A stretch of 64,000 nt of DNA from Clostridiales bacterium UBA1701 (GTDB lineage Bacteria; Bacillota; Clostridia; Oscillospirales; Oscillospiraceae): assembly GCA_002320035.1 (NCBI GenBank), contig DCJL01000017.1, positions 45,120 to 109,119 of the forward strand, written 5' to 3'. The translations under genes and the position numbers were made by a program. Within the stretch, counting starts at the first letter, position 1. Each line of letters begins with the position of its first letter. Below the pieces are notes generated by a model. That model worked only from the letters and a program-made list of their open reading frames with translations, was not told the origin of the DNA and did no database searches. This document shows positions 40,991-49,685 of this stretch, piece by piece.

Positions 40991-41180
40991 ACTGCACCCC
41001 CATATTATAAATCAGTATTAGTATATCACTATATGCCAAAAAATGCAACGATTATTTGAACATTAAATCCGTTTTTTACATCGAACTTAGTGAAAACGCT
41101 CTTACTTTATTAATTCTGTTATTCCAAAGTATTATCTCAAAGTCCCAAAGTATCAATTTGATACTTTGGGATAGCTATGA

Positions 41181-41231
41181 AAATAAAAAATCAGTACCAA
41201 CGATGAATTAAGTTCAAAGTTGGCACTGATT
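41181..41231 (-). terminator. Rho-independent terminator after tnpV
   Basis: Inverted repeat AATCAGTACCAAC/GTTGGCACTGATT (1 mismatch) with a T-run on the - strand. Confidence 0.6.
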
Positions 41232-41264
41232 GTAATTAGATAAGCAGATAATATGGCTTATTCG

Positions 41265-41648
41265 TTATAATTGCCCATATATGACTTCATTATTTACCAT
41301 TTCTGCCGCTCTGTTTCGAATATTATTCATTCTCCTCACCCATACCATATTGTCGACGGCTTTGAGTTGTTCGGTTACGCCTTCCTTTTCGGCGAGTTCT
41401 TTTACCAGCCGGAGAAAAAGTTGTTGCGCCTGTTCTTCAATGTCTGCAAGATACGAATCAAGTTTGCCGGATGTGAGTAAATTGTAGTACAGCACCTTAT
41501 GATGTTGTTTCATATATCGTTTGTGCCTTAATGCCCACACGCCGATATTCCCCGTTTGTGTTTCCGCCGGTAATGACAAGTCTGGCAAAGCATAGTCGCC
41601 AATCTGTGTATAAGTACCGCCGAATTGTTCAAATAATGTGTCAGTCAT
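41265..41648 (-). CDS. tnpV: TnpV-family transposon-associated protein
   Basis: MTDTLFEQFGGTYTQIGDYALPDL...GVWALRHKRYMKQHHKVLYYNLLTSGKL matches the TnpV pattern. GGAGG RBS before the ATG at 41648. Confidence 0.75.
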   Translation of the reverse strand: MTDTLFEQFGGTYTQIGDYALPDLSLPAETQTGNIGVWALRHKRYMKQHHKVLYYNLLTSGKLDSYLADIEEQAQQLFLRLVKELAEKEGVTEQLKAVDNMVWVRRMNNIRNRAAEMVNNEVIYGQL

Positions 41649-41763
41649 AGTAAAACCTCCTTTGATAATTGAATTGTACCAAAAGAGGTTTTCTTTTTCG
41701 AATGTGCGATTTATAAAAAAGAAAGAGCGAGACTTCAAATCTCGCTCAGTCTGGTAGAGCTAT

Positions 41764-41928
41764 TTACTTTTTCTGCCAACCATTTCCGGGTTTCTGCGTA
41801 GGTGGTAACCTATCCCCTGAATCAATATGAACAATTCTCGGATCATTCACTTGTCCACCACGAGGACCAACCTCGATATAAGTCCCAGGCCGCTGATTGT
41901 CAGTGCCAGGTTTAATAGGCTTTGGCAT
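41764..41928 (-). CDS. YjzC-like small protein
   Basis: 54 aa with PGTYIEVGPRGGQVNDPRIVHIDSGDRLPPT. GGAGG RBS. Confidence 0.55.
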   Translation of the reverse strand: MPKPIKPGTDNQRPGTYIEVGPRGGQVNDPRIVHIDSGDRLPPTQKPGNGWQKK

Positions 41929-42079
41929 TTGGTGACCTCCTTCCCTTAAAGATGTATATATTATACCATATATGTGGTACAAAATCAATACTCACATCAC
42001 AATATATAGTGTTTTAATGCTATTCTATTTTTACAAGCTTTCAAAATAAACTTATTTCTGCAATATAGCATTATAAATA

Positions 42080-42676
42080 TCAACGATCGTTTTCTGCTAC
42101 TTTCATACTATAAATCACTTGCCAGCGGGGGAATTCCTGAAGCACCCGGATATGCCAATCGGATTTTCGGGTGATAGTGCGAAAGTATTTTGAACAGCAG
42201 AATTCTATCAAGTAGACTTTCGGAATGTGATTCATATTGTTTCTTTTGAATGCTTTAAGATGTCCTTTCTTGCACCAATTATTGATTGACGTTGTGCCGT
42301 AGCCGATTACTTTTGAAATTTCGCTTGTGGTCAGCACATCGGGATATTGTGCAAAAAGTTCCGTGTAATACAGCTTCATATTTTCAAGAACCTGTTCGGG
42401 TACTTCGGTTTTCATTTTCACGGTATAGTTCCCCTTGTACCACCCAGCCGGTGCTGAATAGGATTCGGGAAATACTTTTCTCTTTTCAAGATATGTAATA
42501 ACATCCGCCTTTTTGATTTTGTAACAGCGAGTTTTCTTGCCCGTGTATTCGCACGGTATCTTTCCGCTGCGAAGCAAATACAAAGCCGTTGATTTACTAA
42601 TGTGGCAGATTTGATAGAGTTGGTCTTTGGTAATAATATCGGGAATCGAATCCCAGTTAATTGTGGTTTCATTCAT
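42080..42676 (-). CDS. DNA-binding protein with two excisionase-type HTH repeats
   Basis: Two HTH_17-like segments (QLYQICHISKSTALYLLRSGKIP and TSEISKVIGYGTTSINNWCKKGHL). It is the last gene before attR. Confidence 0.6.
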   Translation of the reverse strand: MNETTINWDSIPDIITKDQLYQICHISKSTALYLLRSGKIPCEYTGKKTRCYKIKKADVITYLEKRKVFPESYSAPAGWYKGNYTVKMKTEVPEQVLENMKLYYTELFAQYPDVLTTSEISKVIGYGTTSINNWCKKGHLKAFKRNNMNHIPKVYLIEFCCSKYFRTITRKSDWHIRVLQEFPRWQVIYSMKVAENDR

Positions 42677-42750
42677 AGCAATACACCTCGTAAGTATTTT
42701 AATCGGTGCAGGTTTTCCCCGTGTATTGCCGTTGTTGATGTGTTTATACT

Positions 42751-42792
42751 GTTCTTTCCGCAGTTCTTTCCAAAATAGTGCCTGTTCTTTCC
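42751..42792 (+). repeat. Three direct GTTCTTTCC 9-mers (candidate arm-type sites, right arm)
   Basis: Exact copies at 42751, 42763 and 42784, about 160-200 bp inside attR. Confidence 0.55.
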
Positions 42793-42948
42793 AAAAACAG
42801 CGAAAATGCCGTTATTCGAACTTTCCTTTATTTATCGGGATTTCAGCGGCACAACCGTCAAAAAGTCTTTAATATCAAGCATTTTCGGCGAATACGAAGT
42901 ATCCCGAAACTGCCTTCAAAAATCGCTAAACAGCCATTAACCCATAAA

Positions 42949-43010
42949 ACTCGAAATCGTTTTGTCGGTGATGAGCCGGCACGTGGGTTCGAATCCCACG
43001 CCCTCCGCCA
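42949..43010 (+). pseudogene. 3' half of the split tRNA-Ser(CGA); attR of the inner element
   Basis: ACTCGAAAT core, TCGTT (pairs with AACGA at 16750), variable arm, T-arm GTGGG-TTCGAAT-CCCAC, acceptor GCCCTCC (pairs with GGAGGGC at 16722), then G-CCA. Confidence 0.8.
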
Positions 43011-43018
43011 GCGAAAAA

Positions 43019-43067
43019 CCCAGTCATATCAAGGCTTTGCGCCCATATGACTGGGCTTTTCTTTTTT
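43019..43067 (+). terminator. Rho-independent terminator of the split (outer-element) tRNA
   Basis: 11-bp stem CCCAGTCATAT/ATATGACTGGG followed by a T-run. Confidence 0.75.
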
Positions 43068-44282
43068 CAAACGTACATCGGTGAACATGATTTCCGGCAA
43101 GGACTCCCGTGCGCCATCCGGCCTGTGCGGTGTCCGGCAAGCTGAGGATGTTGTCCATCACATTTACGAACGTGAGCTTGGACTTATAGTCCAGATGGCT
43201 GTAGATGTTCGCCGTGGTGCTGATGTCGCTGTGGCCCAGCCATTCCTGGATCTGCTTCATGGGCACGTCGTTGGCCAGCAACAGCGAAGCGCAGCTGTGC
43301 CGGAGATCGTGAAAACGGATATGCCGCAGGCCGTTCTTGTCAAGCAGCTTTGGAAACGCGGAGGTGAGATAGTGCGGAGAAATGAGCGTTCCCATCTCGT
43401 CCACACAGACGTAGTCCAAATACCGCTTGTCATAGCTCCTGCCGCATATGCGCCGGTATTCTTCCTGTTGTTTTTTGTGCGCTAACAGCTTTTCCTTAAA
43501 GGAGGGACGAGGGGCAGCGTCCGCAGGCTGGATTTTGTTTTTGTGGTATCCTGCGCGATCTGGACGTGCTTGCCATCAAGGTTGCAGGACGTGACAATAT
43601 GACGGATGGTGATGGTGTCGTTCTGGAAGTCAATCGCACTCCACTTCAGCCCAAGGGCTTCGCTTCTCCGTAGGCCGTAAAAAGCACCCAGGAAGATGGG
43701 AATTTCAAGATTTGTCCCTTTGGCGGCAGCAAAGAGCTTTTCAACCTCATCGCTGTCATAAAAGCTGCCGATAAAGCGATTCTTTTTAGGCCGTTCCACC
43801 TTATCCGCAGGGTTTGTTTGGATCAGGTCAATCTTCACGGCGTATTTCAGCGCCTTATGGATGTTGGCGTGATAGTGAATGACGGAATTGGGAGTAACGC
43901 GCTTCAGCTACTCCATGTAAAACGTCTGGATGTCGGTTGCTTTCAGCTCGCTGAGCGAAATGCCCTTGGCCTTGAAGTAGGGAACGATTACACCCTTAAC
44001 CATATTGGAATAGGACGAATAGGTGGTAACGGCTATCGTAGGCTTTACGATCTCCAGCCATTGCAGCATGAAATCCGAAAAAAGGATGCCTTGCTCCAAT
44101 GGTTTTTCATCCGGCACAAATTCCTTCCGCAGCTCCATGAGCATCTTTTCCGCTTTTTTCTTATTGTCCTTCACGGGCAGGCCAGTGGGAAACCACTTCG
44201 TTTTCCGCTCACCAGCGGCATCGTGGTAGTTCACCACCATATAATAGTTTCCGTTCTTTTCTTGCAGATGTCCTGCTACCAT
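43024..44282 (-). pseudogene. Tyrosine integrase paralogue broken into three frames (outer element E2)
   Basis: Three ORF pieces (151, 118 and 131 aa) are collinear with the 404-aa integrase (MVAGHLQEKNGNYYMV.., FYGLRRSEALGLKW.., HDLRHSCASLLL..LGHSD). There are at least 2 frame changes. Confidence 0.8.
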
Positions 44283-44370
44283 GCGTATCCTCCTTCTTGT
44301 AGAACAATTGGACTTCTGCTGTTGGCTGTTCCCATTGTAATCAGGAGCTGAGCAGAAGTCCAATGTGCGA

Positions 44371-44592
44371 TTATGGGCTTGTTGGTGCTTTCAGAAAAAC
44401 TCGCATATAAGAAAGAAGGTGGGCCTTTGGTATCCGATAGGAGCGGCCCACCTTGATGCATTCGATTTTATTCTCCCGGATCAGTTTATATCCGGTCTTG
44501 GAGCTGACGCCTAAGGCTCTGCTCATTTCCTCTACTGTCAGAATGTCCGGGTACTCTTTCAGAACAGAACGGTAAACATCACTAAAGCCCAT
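44371..44592 (-). CDS. Excisionase-type HTH protein
   Basis: 73 aa with ILTVEEMSRALGVSSKTGYKLIRENKIECIKVGRSYRIPK. Confidence 0.7.
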   Translation of the reverse strand: MGFSDVYRSVLKEYPDILTVEEMSRALGVSSKTGYKLIRENKIECIKVGRSYRIPKAHLLSYMRVFLKAPTSP

Positions 44593-44594
44593 AA

Positions 44595-45119
44595 TTACTT
44601 GTCCTCAACGGGTGGAATGATTTCATAGTCATACCCCATATAGTAATTGCAGCGTACACAGGTCTCCTTGGTACGACGCTCACCCACGGGATAAAGAACA
44701 TAGTGGGCCAGGCGGAAATTCTCTGCGCACTTCTTGCAGAGCGTCAGAACCAGGTTCTTCCGTTGGTATCGGAGCATCCCAAGGCTGACGGCCAGGGGAT
44801 ATACGATACGTTTCATGTCTCGGCTGGAGAGCTCCCCGATATAAGAATGCAGCCGCTCTTTGCTCACCGTCCGCAGCTGCTCCAGAAGAACGATAGATGG
44901 TGCGTCAAGGCCGGTGTCTGTTCCGACAAAGTAATGGGTGGGAAGCGCGGGCTTGTTGTGGCGCTGGGTAGTGATGGCCGCGACAATGAGCGTCGGGCTG
45001 TAAAAGTTCCCGGCATTATTCTGGATAATCAGAGCAGGCCGGAGCCCCATTTGCTCGGAGCCAAGACCATCCCCAAAATCAGTACTATATATCTCACCAC
45101 GCTTATAGATTTCGCTCAT
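44595..45119 (-). CDS. PemK/MazF-family toxin domain with a roughly 60-aa CxxC...CxxC C-terminal extension
   Basis: RGEIYSTDFGDGLGSEQMGLRPALIIQNN...IVAAIT (MazF fold signature), then CKKC..(33 aa)..CVRC. GAGGAGG RBS before the ATG at 45119. Confidence 0.7.
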   Translation of the reverse strand: MSEIYKRGEIYSTDFGDGLGSEQMGLRPALIIQNNAGNFYSPTLIVAAITTQRHNKPALPTHYFVGTDTGLDAPSIVLLEQLRTVSKERLHSYIGELSSRDMKRIVYPLAVSLGMLRYQRKNLVLTLCKKCAENFRLAHYVLYPVGERRTKETCVRCNYYMGYDYEIIPPVEDK

Positions 45120-45712
45120 AGCTTGTATCCTCCTCAAAGGGAATTCGACGCAGTGCGCCTATGTAGACGTCGCGCCTCAGGATGAGAAAAGGATGCTTTG
45201 ACATTCTCAAAATGATCTCGCCCTGCGGCGCGACTGTTTTGTTCAAACAAGCCTATTTGCCCTCGACACCCCGGCCTGCTAATGGGAAATCACCAAGCGG
45301 CGGGTAGTTCATCCGCTCCACGGGTCTTTGCCCCTGGCAGGATCTCTGCCGGCTGCCCTCATTGCCTGCGACGGTTTGATCACGCTCGGACTGTGACTGG
45401 ACAAGAGTATCGTTGGCCCCATTGCCTGTCATGGCCACGGCGGGAACCACCCGGCGCTTGCAGTCGGCTGTGATCGCTCCCTGTCAGATGAGCAGGCCGA
45501 AAAACATGTTTAAGTGCCTTTCCGCAACCTCCATCCGCACAGATCCTCGCGCAGCCGCTGGACTGGCTTTTGCTCTCGCAACAGCAATGGGAATGTACTT
45601 GATGAATGTGTATTCGATTGTCGGGAAAGCCTGTCCATAGAGGAAACAGGGGAAAGGCGTTGAGGCCCTTCACCTGTTTCTCCACCCAAATGGGAAAAGT
45701 GTAGTCTGCAAA

Positions 45713-46217
45713 TTACATTTTTTCTTTCAGTTTTCGCAGGGCAATGTCAATGCTGAATTTGACCGCCCGCTTCGTGCAGCCTTCCATTTCTGCTATTTTT
45801 TCGTATGTATAGCCTCCGAAGTAATAAAGGATCAGGCGTTGGCGCTGTATAGCAGGCAACTCTGCGATCAAGCCAAACAGATGTTCCAGTTCGATCCTCC
45901 GGGATACATCTTCCTCCACAGAAACGGGCCGCTCCAATACACGCTCTTTCAACGATTCTTCGGACAAAATGTTTTGCTCGTGGTGACGGTCAACCTTGTG
46001 CATATAAGAAATGTCATCCAGTTCAAACTGGTCAAAGGCCGCGAACAGGTCTTTGCCGATTTCCAGCATATGCTCACTTCCTTCACTATCTTTTGAAGCG
46101 GATAAAATAGAGCGGTTCCGGTGTGCCGATTCCCACCGTGAACAGCTCATAGGGGTTATCTTTATCTTTGCGCCGTTTTGGGCGCTTATCGAATATATTT
46201 GGATGCTGGCCATCCAT
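45713..46217 (-). pseudogene. Small sigma-70 region-4-like regulator of conjugative-transposon type, interrupted by one frameshift
   Basis: MDGQHPNIFDKRPKRRKDKDNPYEL..YFIRFK | DSEGSEHMLEIGKDLF..LPAIQRQRLILYYFGGYTYEKIAEMEGCT. The frames join if one A is removed from an A4 run near 46090. Confidence 0.65.
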
Positions 46218-46497
46218 TTTGCTTACCTCCAATTTGAATTTCTTTGGAAAAATCTGATTGGAGGCGGCGACCGGCAGCCTATACCTACTGATGGAAGCGA
46301 CTTTTTGGGAGTTAAAAGCAGAAAAAAGCCTGTGCACGTGAAAATGCGTACACAGGCTACAGCTTTATAATTTCTGTTTTCAGGAAAAGAAATCTCTGGT
46401 TTGCGACTATTATATGCCGTCTCAGATATGACGGTTTTTTGACAGTTTACATTCTTTTTCTAAAGGCGCGAGCATGGCAGCCTCCTCTGCCACTGAA

Positions 46498-46547
46498 ATA
46501 AAAAAGAGCCGATGGACAATGTGATCAATCACATGTTCATCGGCTCT
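46498..46547 (-). terminator. Rho-independent terminator downstream of the KTR gene
   Basis: A near-perfect stem of about 19 bp (GAGCCGATG..ATGTGAT/ATCACAT..CATCGGCTC) with a T-run on the - strand. Confidence 0.65.
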
Positions 46548-46551
46548 GCGT

Positions 46552-46746
46552 CTATGGGTCTGGCTCTTTGATGATTGTTATTAAAAAACGATTTAGATTA
46601 ATAAGAGTTTCTTTTTTGCATTTGGGGCAGTATAAAGGGAAATGAATCATTTCCGTGTCGGATCGGACTTTATCTCTTGTTTTACTTCCACATACCGGAC
46701 AAAGAATCCATTCTTCTTCAACGGAGGATGCACCTTTATTGTTCAT
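46552..46746 (-). CDS. Cysteine-rich KTR-family small protein
   Basis: 64 aa with CPVCGSKTRDKV...HFPLYCPKCKKETLIN. Confidence 0.7.
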   Translation of the reverse strand: MNNKGASSVEEEWILCPVCGSKTRDKVRSDTEMIHFPLYCPKCKKETLINLNRFLITIIKEPDP

Positions 46747-46800
46747 TGTAGCATATTACTCTTTTTGGGCAAAACAAGACAGGTTAATCTTGTCGTCGGC

Positions 46801-46887
46801 TTAGGCCTTCTTTTTGACGGCGAATGCGAGGGCTACGATGATCATTGCAGCGAATAGACCGCACAGGGATTTCTTCTTTTTGCTCAT
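46801..46887 (-). CDS. Candidate 28-aa single-TM peptide (not in the ORF track)
   Basis: My own translation gives MSKKKKSLCGLFAAMIIVALAFAVKKKA. AAGGAG RBS 8 nt upstream. Confidence 0.35.
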   Translation of the reverse strand: MSKKKKSLCGLFAAMIIVALAFAVKKKA

Positions 46888-46958
46888 ATGCTCACTCCTT
46901 TCTCTTATAGCCGCACCGTACAGACTGGCAAATGGGTCGGTTGGTTATGACTTACGCG

Positions 46959-47045
46959 CTACTTTTTGTTCCTCCTGGAGTTCCATACTAAAAGGAAAAC
47001 CAGAGCAGCGGATGCGACAGCAACCGAAAAGATTTGGCTAATCAT
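46959..47045 (-). CDS. Candidate 28-aa single-TM peptide (not in the ORF track)
   Basis: My own translation gives MISQIFSVAVASAALVFLLVWNSRRNKK. GAGGG RBS; lies 49 nt downstream of the metK stop. Confidence 0.3.
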   Translation of the reverse strand: MISQIFSVAVASAALVFLLVWNSRRNKK

Positions 47046-47093
47046 AATTCACCCTCTTCAGCATCTGAAAGCAAGGCACCGGCAAACTGTGAT

Positions 47094-48248
47094 CTACCGA
47101 ATCAGATCCCGCGCAATATCCGTGATTTCCCACGGCATTCCGATGGCGTTGCTTCCAAAGTGGCCATAGCAGGATACTTTGGAGAATTTCGGTTCCGTGA
47201 GTGCAAATTTCTGAATAATCGCGGCAGGTCTCGGATCGACATTGGCTTTCACCATGGCCTGAATTACTTCGTCGCTGACATGCGCAGTTCCGAACGTGTC
47301 GACCAGCATAGAGGTAGGCTCGGCTAGCCCGATGGCATAGCTGAGCTGAACCTCGCATCGTTCGGCCAGGTTTGCCGCGACGATATTTTTGGCAATATAA
47401 CGCGCCAGATACGCACCGCTGCGATCCACTTTGGAGGCATCCTTGCCGGAGAAAGCGCCACCGCCATGTCTCGCATAGCCGCCGTATGTATCTACGATGA
47501 TCTTGCGGCCGGTCAAGCCGGAATCGGCAGCCGGACCGCCTTCTACAAAGCGTCCGGTTGGATTGATGAAAAACTCGGTTTGCGGGCTCATCATCGCGGT
47601 CGGAAGTGTCGGGAGAATCACATGCGAGAGCACCTGATCCCGGAGCTCACGAAGGGGAATGTCCTCCGTGTGCTGGGCAGACACGACAACTGTGGCGATC
47701 CGCTTCGGCAGTCCGTCTTCGTATTCCACCGTCACCTGAGATTTTCCGTCCGGCAGCAGGAAAGGAAGCTCCCCACTCTTGCGCACGGATTCCAAACGCT
47801 TGACAAGAGAATGAGCCAACTCAACAGGAAGCGGCATCAGGCTTTCCGTCTGTTTGCAGGCATAGCCGAACATCATCCCTTGGTCTCCGGCACCGGCATT
47901 CAACATCTCATCTGCGTTCTTTCTTTTGATCCCGCGTGCAATATCGGGCGATTGTGTATGCAGATCTACATTCACACGGCAGCTATCCGCATCGAAGCCT
48001 CGCCCGGGCTGTGTATAGCCTATTTCACGTATAACCTTTCGTGCAATCTCCTCATAGTTAAGCCTTGCATCCGTGGTAATCTCTCCGAAAATGTGAACCT
48101 GCTCCGTGGCCGCTGTAACCTCACAGGCGACGTGGGATTCCGGGTCTTGTCGTAAGATTTCATCGAGGATGCGGTCAGCGATCTGATCGCAGAGCTTATC
48201 AGGATGTCCTTGGGTAACGGATTCGGAAGTAAAATAGCTTTTTGCCAT
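47094..48248 (-). CDS. metK: S-adenosylmethionine synthetase
   Basis: FTSESVTQGHPDKLCDQI, GAGDQGMMFGYA and GGGAFSGKD motifs. Confidence 0.97.
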   Translation of the reverse strand: MAKSYFTSESVTQGHPDKLCDQIADRILDEILRQDPESHVACEVTAATEQVHIFGEITTDARLNYEEIARKVIREIGYTQPGRGFDADSCRVNVDLHTQSPDIARGIKRKNADEMLNAGAGDQGMMFGYACKQTESLMPLPVELAHSLVKRLESVRKSGELPFLLPDGKSQVTVEYEDGLPKRIATVVVSAQHTEDIPLRELRDQVLSHVILPTLPTAMMSPQTEFFINPTGRFVEGGPAADSGLTGRKIIVDTYGGYARHGGGAFSGKDASKVDRSGAYLARYIAKNIVAANLAERCEVQLSYAIGLAEPTSMLVDTFGTAHVSDEVIQAMVKANVDPRPAAIIQKFALTEPKFSKVSCYGHFGSNAIGMPWEITDIARDLIR

Positions 48249-48293
48249 GGTGTCAGCTCCTCATAACGAATTTCATCCAGGAAGATGGTCTGT

Positions 48294-49664
48294 TCACTGC
48301 TCCTCGCCCGCATTTTCACGGGCCTTCTGCTCTTTTCGCGCTTCCCAGATTTCCTCTGCCTTGGGTGCCCAGCAGGCAGCGTAGCCGTCACACTTGGAAC
48401 AAAGATGATCCGCAGTTTCGGGGGATTGCATATCGGTGGATTTGGCACCGGTTTTCTCTACCATAGCGCGCAGCTTCATGGGATTCTCCAGCATGGGGCA
48501 GGGCTGCATCATATTTTCATTGAACGGCTGGCCGTCATGATAAGCCTGGAACAGCGGAGAGCGCATGGTTTCCAGCAGGGTCTTTTCCCGAATGTTGGAA
48601 TCGGAGTAGTGGATGAATACACAGGGATCGACATCGCCGTTGGCGTTGATGTGCATATAGCGCCGTCCACCGGCGATGCAGCCGCCAACAAACTCGGCAT
48701 CGTTCTGGAAATCCATCGCAAACAGGGGCTTTCTGCTGCGATAATCCCGGATGCGGCGGTAAACCGTTTCCCGCTGCTCCGGCGTAGGCAGCAGTTCGGG
48801 ACTGGCGTCATTGCCGACCGGCATGTAGTGGAAGTACCAGATGAAATAGGCGCCCTTTTCAATCAGCATATCGTAATACTCTTCCGAGGTGATGGAATCC
48901 CAGTTTGCACTGGTGTAGCAGGAGGAGATTCCGTAAAGCAGTTTTCTTTTGCGGAGGCGATCCATGGCCATGATGACGCGCTCATAGACGCCGGATCCGC
49001 GGCGGCTGTTCGTGGCCTCCCGGAACCCTTCCAGAGAGATGGCCGGTACAAAATTCCTGACCCGTAGCATCTCATCGGCAAAGGCATCGTCGATCAGGGT
49101 GCCGTTGGTGAAGCAGAGGAAGACGCAGTCGCTGTGCTTTTCGCAGAGCTTGATAATATCCTTCTTACGCACCAGCGGCTCGCCGCCCGTGTAGATGTAC
49201 AGATATACACCCATTTCCTTGCCCTGGCGGATGATGTCGTCGATCTCGTCAAAGCTGAGATTCAGCTTGTTGCCGTACTCGGCAGCCCAGCAGCCCACAC
49301 AATGCAGGTTGCAGGCTGAGGTCGGGTCGAGGAGAATTGCCCAGGGGATGTTGCAATGATACTGATTGCGCAGCTTCTCCTGCTTGTCCCATCCGACAAG
49401 ATTGGCATTGATGAAAAAGTTAACAGCGATGGTAGTCAGCACGTCGGGATCAACCTCGTTGATCATGTGGCGAACATAGGGATAATAGGCATTCTCCGGA
49501 TCGGTGAATGCGGCGCGCACGGCAGCTCTCTGGCTGGGAAACTCACCATTGGAAAACTTGTCGGCCCAGTCGATCAGCTTGATAAGATTGTTCTCAGGGT
49601 CCTTGTACAGGAACTGGAACGCTTTCTCCAGACCGAATTTCTTGATGGTTGTGGATGCGGACAT
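48294..49664 (-). CDS. Radical SAM protein with a SPASM/twitch-like C-terminal Cys region
   Basis: CNLHCVGCW (CxxxCxxC) at about residue 118, GGEPL, and later GGCIAGGRRYMHINANGDVDPC. The substrate is unknown. Confidence 0.75.
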   Translation of the reverse strand: MSASTTIKKFGLEKAFQFLYKDPENNLIKLIDWADKFSNGEFPSQRAAVRAAFTDPENAYYPYVRHMINEVDPDVLTTIAVNFFINANLVGWDKQEKLRNQYHCNIPWAILLDPTSACNLHCVGCWAAEYGNKLNLSFDEIDDIIRQGKEMGVYLYIYTGGEPLVRKKDIIKLCEKHSDCVFLCFTNGTLIDDAFADEMLRVRNFVPAISLEGFREATNSRRGSGVYERVIMAMDRLRKRKLLYGISSCYTSANWDSITSEEYYDMLIEKGAYFIWYFHYMPVGNDASPELLPTPEQRETVYRRIRDYRSRKPLFAMDFQNDAEFVGGCIAGGRRYMHINANGDVDPCVFIHYSDSNIREKTLLETMRSPLFQAYHDGQPFNENMMQPCPMLENPMKLRAMVEKTGAKSTDMQSPETADHLCSKCDGYAACWAPKAEEIWEARKEQKARENAGEEQ

Positions 49665-49685
49665 TTTGATTCCTCCTTTGATTCT

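Larger units (their letters stand above)
16754..42957. mobile_element. Integrative mobilizable element of about 26 kb (inner element E1), bounded by the 9-bp direct repeat ACTCGAAAT
   Basis: The core repeat lies at 16754-16762 and 42949-42957. The interior is AT-rich by eye. It carries an integrase, an Xis-like gene, relaxase/MobC and a ParB-like gene, but no T4SS genes. Confidence 0.8.

Noticed and set aside
45253-45685. Four mutually overlapping ORFs of 63-101 aa in the outer element.
   Set aside because: None has a Shine-Dalgarno sequence or a recognisable domain. The Cys-rich 101-aa frame is probably a GC-rich artefact, so the region is left unassigned.
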